Origin: Moniliella sp. 'wahieum'
Taxonomy: Eukaryota
NCBI GenBank assembly: GCA_003971905.1
Contig: RSEE01000134.1
Coordinates: 62,001 to 126,000, forward strand
Length of the DNA stretch: 64,000 nt
Reading direction: 5' to 3'
A program made the translations under genes and the position numbers. Under the pieces are notes generated by a model. It was not told where the DNA came from. It worked only from the letters and a program-made list of their open reading frames with translations, and ran no database searches. This document shows, piece after piece, positions 25,462 through 38,436 of the stretch. The stretch's first letter is position 1; each line of letters begins with the position of its first letter.

Positions 25462-25870
25462 CAGGTTGGTGGGGTACAATCTGTTAGGTGAAGGACGACT
25501 CAGGGTAATAGTTTCGGGCTTGGGCTATATATTCGACGCCGCTGAAGGAATGCTCGCGCGACGGGCGGAGGGAAAGCTGGAGGACGAGGTTGGATGATGA
25601 AGAGGGGGCTACATGGAGACGAGAGGTTGCCTGTATTACTCAATCAATTGGCTGGAAAACAGTCAGGAGTTGGACAAGAAAGATGGAAAGGGACGAGAAT
25701 GGGAGCGTGTGCGGCCTGCGAGCGGAACTCTTTCGACCGGCTATAAGCGAGCGTCGCCGATCCATTGAATATTGAGGGCCGTGCACGGGAATCGTAGCCC
25801 TGCCCTCCAACAGAAGCAAGCGAAGACTGTGAAGGCACTAAGGATATCAACACGATAGCACTTGCTCGTA
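25462..25870. mobile_element. Dispersed repeat copy A (internally deleted), probable degenerate transposable element
   Basis: Three collinear blocks match 52148-52968 in the same orientation: GGTGGGGTACAATC...AGTTTCGGG, CCGCTGAAGGAA...AATCAATTGGCTGGAAA...TCAGGAGTTGGACAA and ACTCTTTCGACCGGCTA...GAGGGCCGTGCA...GATAGCACTTGCTCGT. Confidence 0.8.
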
Positions 25871-26328
25871 CTCGATACAGAGAGAGGTAAGCACATGCCA
25901 GCGGAAAGCCCCAGGGGAGCGCAGAGGGCGGTGGGAGAGGTGGGCTCCACGTGGCTGGAGATGCAGGGGGAACACAGCACGTGATGGCGGGGGCGAAGCA
26001 CATGCTGCGGGCGCACTGGCGCTGTGCCCAAGGACCAACCCTAACGGAGGAGGCAGGCGCGGGGGCGCTGCTGGGGCGCGGCGGAAGCGGTGGATGCGCG
26101 CGCATCAATCCGAGCCACGTGGCGAGGCGAGGCAGCCCACCACCAAGCCAGGCTAAGGTCGATGCTGCCCACACGCGTCGGGTGGCGAGTGTGTCGTCTG
26201 CGCCCCGCCCGCTCCTCCGCCTCGCCCTCGCCCGCCCCCGCCGCCGCTCGCCACCAGCCACCGCCACCGCCATCGCCACCACCGCCATCGCCACCACCGT
26301 CATCGCCATCGCCAGCCCCCCCCCCGCC

Positions 26329-29300
26329 ATGCCCGCGCCCTCACCCCGCCCCCCTTCCCCGTGCGCGGCCTCCTGCCCAAGGAGTCCACCCAGGCCCTCT
26401 CCTTCCTCCGCAAGCACCCCACCTACGACGGCCGCCGCGTCCGCGTCGCCGTCATCGACACGGGCGTCGATGTCGCTGCCGCCGGCCTCAGCACCCCTGG
26501 CAAGATGGTCGATGCGATCGACTGTTCTGGTACGCAATCTACCCCCCCCCCCTTGCCTGCATGCATGCTCACCCGTAACCCTCTCCCTCGCGTCCATGTG
26601 CAGGTGCCGGCGATGTGCCCCTTGCCGTGTGACCAGCACGCTCGCCACCGCGCCCGACGGCGCGCCGACGCTCGTGTCGCCCATCACCGGCCGCACGCTC
26701 AAGCTGAGCAAGGCGCTCACCAACCCCTCGGGCGTGTGGTATGCCGGTGCCAAGCGCGCCTACGACTTTTGGCCCGACGGCCTCGTCACCCGCATCTCGA
26801 CCCAGCGCCGCAAGGCATTTGCCGTCGAGCAGCGCGTCTCGTAGCCCAGGCCCAGAAGGAGCTCGATGCCTTCCAGCCCAGCAAGCCGGCCAAGACGGAG
26901 AAGAAGCAGGAGCAGGAGCAGGAGCAGGAGCCCGCGGCGGCCACGGCCACGCCGCTGCACGACAATGCCGATGCGCTGCGCAAGGCCGAGCTCAAGGCGC
27001 GCTTGTCGGCTGCTGCAGACGCTCGACTCGAACTACGACGACCAGGGCCGATCATCGAGGCGGTGGTGTACCATGATGGCCAGCACTGGCGTGCCGTCGT
27101 GGCGGAGGCGAGGGCGAGCCGCACGATGCGGCGCTCGGTCTGCGGCGCGTACAGCTTGCAATCCGACCTGGCCTCGGAGCAGGCCACGTCGACCTGTCTT
27201 CCTTTGACAAGGGTCTTACCGATTTCCGCATCGAGCGCGAATGGCGCTTCTTTGGGCCGATCGACCGTCTCTCTTACTCGGTCAACATCCTCACTGACCA
27301 GCCGCCACCCCGCCCGCCGGCGCTTCCAAGGCGCCAACCCCACCCAAGCCTACCACCCTCAGATCGTGTCCGTCTCGGGCAGTCACGGGACCATGTGGCC
27401 GGCATTGTGGGGCCTACTTCCCGCCTACCCACCCAGCCTCGGAGGGAGGCCCTCGGACGAGGAGGCGGCCAAGAACGGTGTCGCACCGCAGTGCGAAATT
27501 GTCACGTGCGCATTGGCGATCCACGGGTGGGCACAATGGAGACGGGCCAAGCACTGCTGCGGCGGCACGGGCGTTGATTGACACCAAGTGCGATGTGGCC
27601 AACTTGTCGTTTGGTGAGGATGGCGCGTTTGGCGTCGAGGATCGCGGGTGCGTTTGCCAGGCGTTGCGCGACCAGGTCATCCGCGAACGCGATGTGTGAT
27701 TTTTGTTTCGTCGGCAGGCAACAATGGCCCGGCACTCACCACCGTCGGCCAGCCCGGTGGCACCACCTCGTCAGTCCTGAGCGTCGGCGCGTACGTGACG
27801 GCGGAGCTATGCAGCAGGCGGAATACTCGGTCATCGAAACGCCCCCGGACAATGTCACCACCTGGTCCTCCCGTGGCCCCACGGCCGATGGCGATCGTGG
27901 CGTTGGCATCTACGCCCCTGGTGCTGCCATCACCTCCATCCCGCAGTACACGTTGCAGCAGACGATGCTGGCCAATGGCACGTCCATGTCCTCGCCCAAT
28001 GCGGCGGGCTCGATCGCCTCTGGTCTCGGCATGAAGCAAGAGGGCATTCCCATCACGCCGGCGCGTGTGCTCAAAGCGGTGCGGGACGCAGGCAAGGATG
28101 TGTCGGATGACTTGGGCGTGCCCTTCCTCCAAGTCGAGAAGGCATGGAACACTTGCAGCAGTGGAAGGAGCACCCGGCCGAGGATGCCGAGTTCCGCATC
28201 CAGGTCACTCCGCCTGGCAAGCCGCTGACCCACGCCGGGACCAACAAGCGCGGCATTTACCTGCGCGAACAGCCGAGACCAGCCGCCTGTCCCAGTTCCA
28301 AGTGACGGTCCAGCCTACGTTTAAGCAGAACGAGACGGAGCGTCGTTGGCACTGCAGCTGCCCGTGGCGCTGATTGCGTCCGAGTCGTGGATCCAGGTTC
28401 CCAGTTTCCTCTACTTGGGCTCCAACGGTCGCACTTGAGGTGCGCGTCGATCAGCTTCGTTGCAAACCGGGCGCACCACCACGCCACGTGGCTGGGTACG
28501 ATACCGACATCGGGCCACAAGCTGTTTGAGGTGCCTGTCACCGTCGCCAAGCCCGACACGCCCACGTCGGCTACGGTGCGGTACACGGGGCTCAAGTTGG
28601 CCAAGGCCAGGTCACGCGCCGTTCCTTGCCGTGCCCGAGGGCGCGACCTGGGCCAACTCAAGGTGCGCACGTAAAACCATGCGTCGCCAGGCACGACGCG
28701 CGCTTGTGGCTGCACCTGGTCAACTCGAGCCGCAAAAGCGCTACATTCCGTCGAGACGGCACCTGTGCTGGCTGCAATGGAGAACGAGCCGACGATCAAA
28801 AGTTCCCCGTTCGCGTGGGGTCACGTTGGAGGTGGCCACGGCCGAGTACTTTATGGCAGACCAAGCGTTTGAGTTTGATCTGGACATTGATTCCACGGCA
28901 TCCAAGTCACCCCATCGCAGTTGACGCTCGTTGGCGGCGAAGGTTTGGCGCGCATCGAGTGCCACTCGCTCCTTCGTCCCGAACCTTTCTCGCCACCATC
29001 AAGTTTGAGCACCGTCGCACGTACCTCCGTCCCACGCAGGCGTCCCTGCGCTCGATTGCGTCTGCCCCGACCGGCAGACGGACGGGCAAACCGCAACTGG
29101 AGTTGGTCACCTCGTACACGCTCAAGGTCACCGAAAAGGAGAGCACGGTCCAGCTCAGTCTGCCCACCAGCGGGCACGTGTACGACGCGGCGGTCCCGCT
29201 GCTGCTGCAAGTGTTTGACGCCAACAAGCGCCGTGTGCAGTTCTCGGACGTGTACTTGCACGAGGTGACGCTGCCCAAGGCGAGTACACGGTCCAGGCGC

Positions 29301-30373
29301 AGATGCTGCACGAGGACGTGGGCGGTGCTGACCAAGCTCAAGACGGCCGTTGACAGCGTACTTTAAGCTGGCCAAACCGGGCGACGTGACGCTGGACGTG
29401 TACGAAGACCAAGTCGAGCTGATTGGCGCTGAGAAACCACGAGCTTGGCTGGGATCAAGCTGATGCCCGCGAACGTAAGGTGCTCGTGCTGGACACGCGC
29501 GCTGGCACAGGACAAGTTGCCCAAGGAGGCAGCGCCGGCGACGTGCTGAGTGGCACGCTGGTCTGGGCCAGGCCACCGTGCCGACTCAAGTACGTTGTGC
29601 CGCCGCACCCCAAGAAGGACAAGGACGACGACGCTGCTCCGACGAGGAGGAACAGACGATTGACCTGCTCGTCGAGGCCGGGTCCAAGATCAAGAACAAG
29701 GCGACAAGCTGGCGTTCTTGACAAGCTGGCCATCGACCATCCGACGCACCTCGGTCTGCTCCAGGCCAAGCTCGAGACGCTCGCCGCCGGCCAAGCAGGC
29801 GGACAGGACAAGGCCGAGCAGGCCAAGGCCAGCACCGAGGACAAGAAGCGCACCGCGGCCGAGGTGGTCGCAGCGGCCGACGCGGTGCTGGCGCAGTGGA
29901 CTTGTCGGCGCTGCGTCTGCACCTGGGCACGAAGCGGCCGCCCGTGGCGGAGCAAGTCGGCTGGAGCGCAAGACGAACGACGCGATGGACAAAGCGTAAG
30001 GCAGCGGCCGTCGTGGCGCTGCACCGCAAGGCGCGTGCGCTGCCTGTCCGCCGACGGCGTCAGTGACGCATTCAGCGCAGCGTGGAAGAGTTACCGCACC
30101 TTCTTCCCGGCGGACTCGCAGGACGCGCAGCTCAACACGCTGTATGCGCAGTGGGCCGCAGCGAGCGGACGGTACGCCGTCGCGCTCGAGGCGGTGCTCA
30201 AGGCGGCGGACGAGCTGGGCGCCGGCACGGCCGACTCGGTGGGAGCGGCTCAACGAGCTGCGCGACGAGGCACTCGACCTGCTGGGGCCGTCCAAGCTGG
30301 GCTTCCTCGCCTGGGCCGCGTTACTGGGCGCGTGGCGCGTGCTGGGCCGTCCGAAGGAGCTGGAGCGTTCTGA
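26329..30373 (+). CDS. TPP2: Tripeptidyl-peptidase II (subtilisin-like S8 family)
   Basis: [39 protein letters not shown] (catalytic Asp), SGSHGT (catalytic His), [49 protein letters not shown] and [14 protein letters not shown] (catalytic Ser). Intron at 26530-26603. Confidence 0.95.
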
Positions 30374-30465
30374 GTGTGGGTGGCTGTCGTATACATATAC
30401 ATGTCGTGTGCTATTTATGCGACAGACTAAAACTATAGCTGTATAGCTCCCTCTTCCTTCGCAAC

Positions 30466-30740
30466 ATGATGTACGAGCTGGGCGTTTGTGAGGAGGAGAC
30501 ACCCATGCATCTGTTCTCGGACAACCAGGCTGCGGTCCACCTTGCCCCAACAAACTCGGAAGCGTTGGAGCGATCCGAGAAGTTAACGTGGCTACCATGA
30601 CGTGCGCGAGCGTATCGACACCGGCGAGTTAATCGTACATCATCGTCCAGGAGAACAGCACCTCACAGTCATCCCTGACATTATGCTCACCAAGCCGGTA
30701 GGCAGGCAGAAATTGTCCTCTACCTTGGAAGTCTTCGCAT
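30466..30740 (+). mobile_element. Ty1/copia LTR-retrotransposon relic, degenerate RNase H C-terminal part
   Basis: Translation across one frameshift: YELGVCEEETPMHLFSDNQAAVHLAPTNSEALERSEKL/YHDVRERIDTGELIVHHRPGEQHL...DIMLTKPVGRQKL. This follows the copia RNase H pattern (P..l..DNqsAi.la.n....r.KHid..YH.iRe.v..g.i.......q.AD.lTKpl....f). Confidence 0.8.
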
Positions 30741-31261
30741 CTACTCTTCTTCCAGATCCAATCTTAGTTCTTCTGAAGAATGGCCCTTGATTTTGTCCCT
30801 TCTCCTCGCACCCACCTCCATGTTTTGTCTTGATTGTGGCCACTCTCTTTTCTGTTTCCTGGGCCCGGGGGTGTTGACCTCTGGTCATTTATGGCCATGG
30901 TCACTTCCAAGTGACGTCATGTGTGATGCGCGTGTGATGTTTTCTGACGTGGCGTTTCCGACTCCATGATGACTTGGATTCGCCACCGCCTTAGCAATTT
31001 GATCTCCATCGACCACCATTCCCATTTGCTGCTCTTTGAGCTTCCTGGGCGTTCATAGAGTTACAATCTGACTAGCTGGCCACGTGACGCCGCCTGCAAT
31101 GTTCAACCAAGCCCGTCACATGTCACAGGCGCGCGCTTACCTCAGCCGCCCCGCCCACCGCCCTCCACGTGGGCACTGCTGCATGCTGAATGCGCCCCGA
31201 CACCACCACCACCTCCACCACCACCACCACTACCTCCACCACCCCCATCCCCATCCCCCCC

Positions 31262-32462
31262 ATGTTCCGCCGCAAGCACAAGGAGCGGGACGCCGAGTCG
31301 CTCGCGCCCACACCCGCGCAGAGCAGCTCCACCTGCGCGTGTTTGGCTCCACCCACGCCGCCCGCTCGGCGCCCAACCTGGACGCCGCCAGCCAGGTGTC
31401 CACCTCGCGCCCACCCCCGACCTCAGCGCCGCGCCCATGCCCACCGCCGGCCGCCCCGGCTTCCTCACCCAGCCCCAGCAGGCCACCCTCGACGCCTTCC
31501 GCGCCCGCGCCGTCGCCGCCAAGCTCTACGACCCGTGCCGCCACGACGATGCGTGTCTGTGCCGCTTCCTGCGTGCGCGCAAGTGGGACCTCGACGCTGC
31601 GTTTGCCATGTTTTCCGATGCCGAGCACTGGCGCCGCGAGTTCAAGGTCGAGGAGCTGTACCAGTCCTTCACCTTCCCGAGAAGGAGGCCGTCAATGCGC
31701 TCTACCCGCAGTTTTACCACAAGACCGACAAGGACGGCCGTCCCGTGTACATTGAGCAGCTGGGCAAGGTCGACCTCAAGGCACTGTACAAGGTCACCAC
31801 CCCCGAGCGCATCCTGCAAAAGTTGGTGGTCGAATACGAAAAGTTCCAGCGCGAGCGGCTGCCCGTGTGCTCGGCCGAGCGGGAGGAGCTGATCGAGACG
31901 AGCTGCAATCATGGACTTGAAAAACGTGGGTGTGTCCCAGTTTTGGAAAGTGTCGAGCTACGTGCAGCAGGCGAGCAAGATTGGCCAGTACTACTCCCCG
32001 AGACGATGGGCAAGTTCTACATCATCAATGCGCCCTACATCTTCACCACCGTCTGGTCTGTCGTCAAGGCCTGGCTCGACCCTGTCAGCGTCGAAAAGAT
32101 CAAGATCTTGGGCAGCGCGCTACGAACGCGAACTGGCCCAGCAAATCCCGCCTCACCACCTCCCGGCTTACCTGGGCGGCAAGTGCGCCTGCCCACAAGG
32201 CTGCTCCCTCTCGGACGCAGGACCGTGGAGCACGCTTCGTGGCGAAGCCATCCACCAAGCCCACGCCGATCGCCAAGCCAACCTGCATCTGTTCCAGCAA
32301 CATGGCGCCACCGCCGAAGCCGCGGCGGTCGTGGCCAAACAGCCCCTCGTACCCTCCCTCCCCTCGGTCGCCTCGGTCGGCTCCTCAACCCTCGCAGCCC
32401 CCGAAATCAAGTTGGACTCGGCCGCTTCCCCCGCCCCCAACGGTTCGGTAGCCGCGCCCTAA
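31262..32462 (+). CDS. SEC14: Sec14-family phosphatidylinositol/phosphatidylcholine transfer protein (CRAL-TRIO)
   Basis: Motifs GRPGFLTQPQQATLDAFR, HDDACLCRFLRARKWDLDAAFAMF, LYPQFYHKTDKDGRPVYIEQLGK, MDLKNVGVSQFW, PETMGKFYIINAP...WLDPVSVEKIKILG and LPAYLGGKCACPQGCSLSDAGPW. Confidence 0.93.
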
Positions 32463-34393
32463 GCTCCCCCCCCCCTATGGTCTTTCCTCTTCTTCCTGTC
32501 CCTCTCCTTCCCCTTCTTCCCCCCCATCCAGGGAAGGGATGACGGAACTCCACCGCGTTGCGTTGCGTTGTGCTTCGTTTTTGTTGTGATGCTTGCTCTA
32601 TGTGCTGCATGGACGTTCGCCTTCTTTTGTACGTTGCGTGCCATATGCCCACGCTGCACCCTCGTCTTGCTCGCCGGGGGACCAGCGCAGCCCCAGTTCC
32701 CGACCGGTCCCTCTCCCCTGTCTTCTTGCCCACGCTCGTTCCCTTTTGCTTTTTTTTTTCTCCCCGTCTACCGCGACCGCCTACCGTCTACCGTCTACCC
32801 CGCCGGCCTGTTGCGCCTGCACCTGCACCAACTAAAACAATTCAATCCATCTTCGGCCTTGGGGATGGTTGGGTGTGGCTGTGGCTAGGTTCAACTGGAC
32901 TATGTAGGGTTTTGTACTCGACAGGCACAAGCCGCACGTCCCTCGGCCCCGCTGGAAACGGTCCCCTGCGTCCGACCCCCCGTCTCACACTGCTTTTGGA
33001 TCATTCTCGTATACTCTGGGAGTAGGGGTTACTGTTAGGGATCGGTCCCGGTGAGCACCACCCCCGCCCCGCTAATCGGAAAGCAGACGGTAGGCGGCGC
33101 AAGCGCGTAGATAGCATGATGCGATGGCTACTGTACTAGGTTGCCGCGGTAGATTCTCTGCCTCGTGCGTCGGTCGCTTTCAGGTGTGCGGGAAGTAGTA
33201 ACGGTGGCAGGATGAATGGTGTGTTTGTTGCCCCAAGGACAAAACCTCTGCGCCGCCCAATGGGCTTTGCTTGGCTTTGCGTGCTGCCACCGTCGTCAAC
33301 CTGATCAACGCCGACGTGATGCTCGCTGTCCTCGTACCAGGCCGGTTGGCCCTGTTTCGCGGCCCTCCCCAGAGACCCATACCACACCATAGCCCGGCAA
33401 TGAGATAATGCATCGACAACAAGACGAGAAAACTTAAACGCAAGTCCCCGGCCATTTACGCTCAACATTCACCACCAAACCGCTTGGAGCAGACTGAACG
33501 TTGAACCGATCCCCTTTGTCCTATTGCGCACGGCGCAGCTCCCCTGGTGGGTCTCTGGCTCGTGCTGTTGCTCCTCTTCGCTCCCTCTCGGGCACAGGTC
33601 CCCTGGTCCCAATCGGGTCGATCCAACCGGCACTCTGATTGGACTCCTCCCCCACTTCTTTCCTCTTGGACCCTCCAGCTCCTTCCTCTATCCTGCCCCC
33701 TAGTCTGGTCAGCTGGTGGGGTTCCTTGTTGGTTGCGTTCACTGGTTTCTTTCGCACAAACTGTCGTTCCTTCTCTTTCGTTCCAGCCTGCTCGTTTCGC
33801 TTCGCCTGCCCCCCAGTCTGCCCCGATCCGATTGGATTGCATGGGATTGCACGGGATGGGACTGCTATACGGCACCAAGCAAGGACTGCACTGGGCTCGT
33901 ACACCTCGTCCCATACGGACCAACGTGCTATTACTCCACCGGGGCTCCTGCTAAGGCACCGCTTGGCCCTCGGTCCTCCTTCACCCAGGACAGGCAAAGG
34001 ACACGCCCGCAACGCCAAAACACAAGAAAAGGGAATAGCACAGGGGCATGGGGGCGCGGTCTGAACTACATACTGTAGGAAGGGGACGGGGATATGCGCC
34101 AGGAGGGGCAGACAAAACAATTCCAGTTCAAGTCCATGATGCATGACGAGGGGGAAGGGCAGAACCCTTGGTTTGGTTGCGCAGAGGCACACTGTCTGTT
34201 GATCGATCGTGTAACATGTGATCGATGATCCTTGATCGAGATCCATCTCGTGCCTCGTGCACCACGGGCATCGCCCACGGTCGCTCTCCCACCCCGTACG
34301 GCTCGGGATCGGGACATGTGCCTGGCGCTGATCGTGCCCAGAGAGGGGGGGGGCGGGGGCCCCCCGACGAGGCCGGAGGCGGGCAGGGCGCGA

Positions 34394-35225
34394 TCATGCG
34401 GGCAACTCGAATTTTTGTCCGTGCATCACCTTGGTAAAGTAGACTGGGCAAAGGATCATGTAAGCGTTAGAAGCCAAGAGGGGCAGAGCGGGCGCGCGGC
34501 AGCAGGGCAAGTAGACGAGGAAGGGAAAGCGGGGCGTACTGTAGAAAAAGTCGGCATAGAGCGCGGTCTGGACGAGACCGGCAACAAAGCCGTAGGCATT
34601 GAAGTGCTTAGTGCCGTGGAAGATCAGGATGTAGATCCAGTTCAACAGGTACAGTGCCCTGTATGCGCCCAAGGCAAAGATGTAGTGCGTGGTGATCGTT
34701 TCTGCCTCGCCCGTGCGCTGCAGCAGGAAGAGCTGGGGCAGGATGGCAACCGCCTCGAGGAAGATGGAGAAGGACCACAGCACTTCCAGCACCGTGAAGG
34801 CGGGGTGGAAGAGCAGGGCCAAGAGCGCAGAGGGGCCAATGAGATACAGCAGCGGGATGCTGTCGATGGACGGGTTGTGGGTTTGGCTGGCGCAGGCCGA
34901 AGAACACCCGCGTCAGCTGGGACGGGGGGGGAGGACGGGAGTGGGGGGGGGGGGGGACATACCGGTACTTGTACTGCATCAGATACACGACCGCAGCGGA
35001 GGAGCCAATGAAGATGAGCTTCATGACGAAGAGGTAGAGGCGGAAGGCGCGGCTGAACTTGGACGAGGAAAAGAGGTCGAGGTAGCGGGTGACAAAGACG
35101 ATCAGATAGAGCAGCTGGGACTTGAAGCTGAGGCCGCGGGTGGTGCGGCGCTTGTGGATGGCGGTGAGGAGGATGAAGATGCTGGCCAGGTGCGAGCAGT
35201 CGGCGGCGATGCGGAAGATGTTCAT
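34394..35225 (-). CDS. ERD2: HDEL/KDEL ER lumen protein-retaining receptor
   Basis: MNIFRIAADCSHLASIFILL...GLSFKSQLLYLIVFVTRYLDLF, EVLWSFSIFLEAVAILPQLFLLQRTGEAETITTHYIFALGAYRALYLLNWIY and VQTALYADFFY/IYFTKVMHGQKFELPA*. Introns at 34887-34962 and 34444-34539. Confidence 0.97.
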
Positions 35226-35322
35226 GGTGGGCGACGCGACGACGCGGGGGGCGGTGGCGGCAGCATCCGCGGTGGCTGCCGTGTCCCGTACGTGCCCCAG
35301 GCGGCGCACGTACTCTACCGGC

Positions 35323-35417
35323 TGACGTCAGCCGCTGCTGACGTGGCGCCAACCCTACCGGGGGCATCGGTGCAACCAACACAGCAACACCCGCGCCACA
35401 GACGGGGATATATATAA
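35323..35417 (-). promoter_or_regulatory. ERD2 promoter with TATA box, CRE-type TGACGTCA and UPRE-like TGACGTGG
   Basis: TGACGTCA at 35323-35330, TGACGTGG at 35339-35346 and TATATATA at ~35408-35417, all within 200 bp upstream of the ERD2 ATG. Confidence 0.5.
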
Positions 35418-37254
35418 GCCCCATCGTTAATCTGTTGGGTGCAGTGAGCAAGTATAGTAGGTTGCTACGACGCTCACCTCTCCCCTGATGGGATTCAAGT
35501 CGTCCATGGGGCAATCCAAGAATGCCAATGTGTGGAGGGGCATATGTCCGACCGACATTGTTCCGCAGGAAGGATGCGTTGCGCAGAGTGTGTCGCCTTT
35601 GTACAGTGTCAACCAAAAGCAAGCTCACCACAGAGGGGACCGCGAGACGGTGTCCAACAGAATGGGTGGCTTGTACCACGGCTTATGCTCCACTACTACT
35701 CCAATCCGTTCTGATGACTGCGATCCTGTCCATGCCCAAAAAGAACGCGTGTTTCAGTGCCATGACTAAGCGTATCTTGACTGGAATCAAGCCGGTGCAA
35801 GCTCAAGCGTAGATAAAGGAGATGCTTCCAGTCCCTTTTCTTAGTTCTGTGCAGGGTTGCATTCCGTCGACCCCCCCAAACAATTGTGCTCATTGAGCCA
35901 TCGGCGCACCAAGCCCGGCTATTTTTCCAGACGAAAAGGGCGAGACTGCCTTACGGCGAATCACGGATGGAAAGTCGCTTGGTTCATTCCCCTCGTATCC
36001 ATTCACCATTCACCATTCACCACATTCACACCCCACGAACAAAACGTACAAACAAGGCACGCGGTTTTACTGTGTACTCTCACCCAACTTAGTCAAGCAT
36101 ATTGCAGCGGGCTGTACCAAGCCCTCCTCGCCGCTTAGGGGGACTGAGCTATAGTAGCGCAGGCAGAGCGTCTTCTGGTACGACGGTGCTCCCATCATAC
36201 GTCATTTTCTCTTGAACCCTTGCCCTTTATTGGTCGACATCATCGCCTCCTTCCTCCACCCCGGCGTTTTTGACGCTGGAGGGCGAAAAGAGCGGGCCGT
36301 TGTGCCCTTCCTCTGCTGTACCATCTAAGGTGGGATTGCTGATGCGCTGATGAGGTCGTCAGAGCGCCATGCGCCCGCGGTAGTAGTCGTGCATGCACCG
36401 TCTCGAGTGGTTCACGTAGTTGTTGGAGACCGCCATCGACCATCCTTAATCAGCTTATTGATGAATCCTTTCCCAGAAAACGCGGATGGCAGCCCACTGG
36501 CCTCCAGAACACCATCTTCGGAGCTGTGGTGCGCACCGACTGTGAGCTATGGCGCGAAGCTTCTCTCGCTTGCCTCGCTCGCTCGCCCACATGGTGCGCG
36601 CTACGTACGTCACCGTCCCGCGTCCCGCTCTCCCCCCTGGTCCCCCCCCCCCCCATCGTTCGACCGTGGAGGCTGGCAGCCGTGGTTTTTTGTTCCGTCA
36701 CACTTTGGCCCAGTGGCCGTGCAATTGCAATCCCCACCACCAAGGGACCTGTATTTCTCACCATCTCCGTGGTACTGCTACCCATTGGTCCTCACAGTTC
36801 CGGCCGCAGGCCTATTACCCCCTCTCACCGACACACGGTTTTTGTGTGCCGTCACGGCACAGCAACAATAGCCGCTTCGACGTCCGTTGTCCTACTGTGC
36901 TTTCTCGGTCATTCAGAGCATACATGTCCCAACCGCGGCATCGCGATTAGGATCCTACCCCCCCCCCCCCCCCGCGCGGCCTACTATTATTACTACTACT
37001 AGTGTGGACGGACACATGTCTCGACTGACAAAATTGATAGTTGAATCGAATATCCGATTGCAGAGTTGCGGGGGCAAGTCTCGTCTGTTCCCCCGGGACA
37101 CGCTTTTCGACAGGTAACCTGGACCAGGCAGGCAGCCCAGCTGAGGGTAGCCTACCCTGTGGGCGTAGCGCCACTGTTGGGCCGAGGCGTCTTCGATCGA
37201 AAGAAACAGGAGCGAAGAGCTATCCGGGCAGCTACGGGGAGTTCGGCCAGGCAC

Positions 37255-37430
37255 GGGGATTGAGGATGGGGAATGAGGATCGCGGATTGGAGATTGGAGA
37301 TTGAGGATGGGGGATCAGGGATTGGGAATTGAGGATTGGAGATTGAGGATTGGAGAGTGAGGATTGAGGATTGAGGATTGAAGATTGAGGATTGGGGATT
37401 GGGGATTGAGGATTGAGGATTGGGGGTGGG
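37255..37430. repeat. Heptamer minisatellite (GAGGATT/GGAGATT/GGGGATT)n, roughly 20 degenerate units
   Basis: Read directly: ...GAGGATTGGAGATTGAGGATTGGAGAGTGAGGATTGAGGATTGAGGATTGAAGATTGAGGATTGGGGATTGGGGATT... Confidence 0.9.
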
Positions 37431-37878
37431 GGATGGAGGATGATCCAAGAGACGCGGGATGCGCTCCCCTTTTTTCACGCAGTACAAAAAAAACGGCACA
37501 GACACAAGCGAACAAACGAGAACAGAAGAGAACAGGAGGAGAACAGAAGAAGACAGGTAGGGAACAGGGACGGGCAGCACAGAGCGGACGGACAGACAGA
37601 CTCGAGGGAACAATGACAAACGAGAAAAAACATCAGAACAAGCAACAAGGATCCCGTCCATCAAGGAACAAGAACCCAATATTGGAACCCAGGACCTAGG
37701 GGCTAGTGCCTAGTGCCTAGTGCCTGCAGGACAGCACAGCACACTGAGGCCTGAGGATGCGGCATGTGGGGGTTGGGGGGTTGGGTACACCCTGCCCCTG
37801 CCCCTGTCCCTGCCCCTGCCCCTGCCCTTGCCCTTGCCCTATCATCCACCACCACCCGCCCGTGCCGGGTGAACTGCT

Positions 37879-38384
37879 TCAAATCGCAGTCCACAGACCA
37901 TCGGGACCGGCAAACTGAGAAGGGGAGAGCTCAGCATCGGCTTCATGGGCATGGACTTGGGGTTGGGGTTGGGGTTGGGCTGCGTCGGGCAGGGCAGCGG
38001 ACCACTCGCCCGAGCGCGGGGACGGACGCGGGGTGAGGGGCGAGGTGGGGCGAAGGGTGTGGCGGGAGGGGCAGGAACGGCGTGTCTTCCACGGCGGGCG
38101 GCAGGGTGGCGAGACAGGGCAGTGAGGGCAAGTGGGGCAGCGTAGGCAGGCGAGAAGGTAGCTGCGGATGGCCCTGGAGCTTGTCTTGGCTCGTTGCACA
38201 AGCAAGCGCTTGGGAAGGCACATGTGCGCCCGCTGTTGTTGAATGCACCTCCTTGGCCCAGTCGGAACGCACACCGGCCGTCTTGCCCACCTCGGCCGCC
38301 CACTCGGTCCAGGGCGGACAGGGCTGGTCGTCGTCGTCCGACGCAAACGAGTCGGACGTGTCGGCAGACGGTAAGGGCGCATTC

Positions 38385-38436
<52 letters not shown>

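Noticed and set aside
2008..30373. Calling ILV5, LYS4, MAD1 and TPP2 pseudogenes or programmed-frameshift genes
   Set aside because: Indels affect nearly all genes uniformly, catalytic motifs are intact, and no consistent slippery site is seen; sequencing error is far more parsimonious.
37255..37430. Interstitial telomere
   Set aside because: GGGGATT/GAGGATT is the reverse, not the reverse complement, of a TTAGGG-like repeat. No (TTAGGG)n or (CCCTAA)n array occurs in the window.
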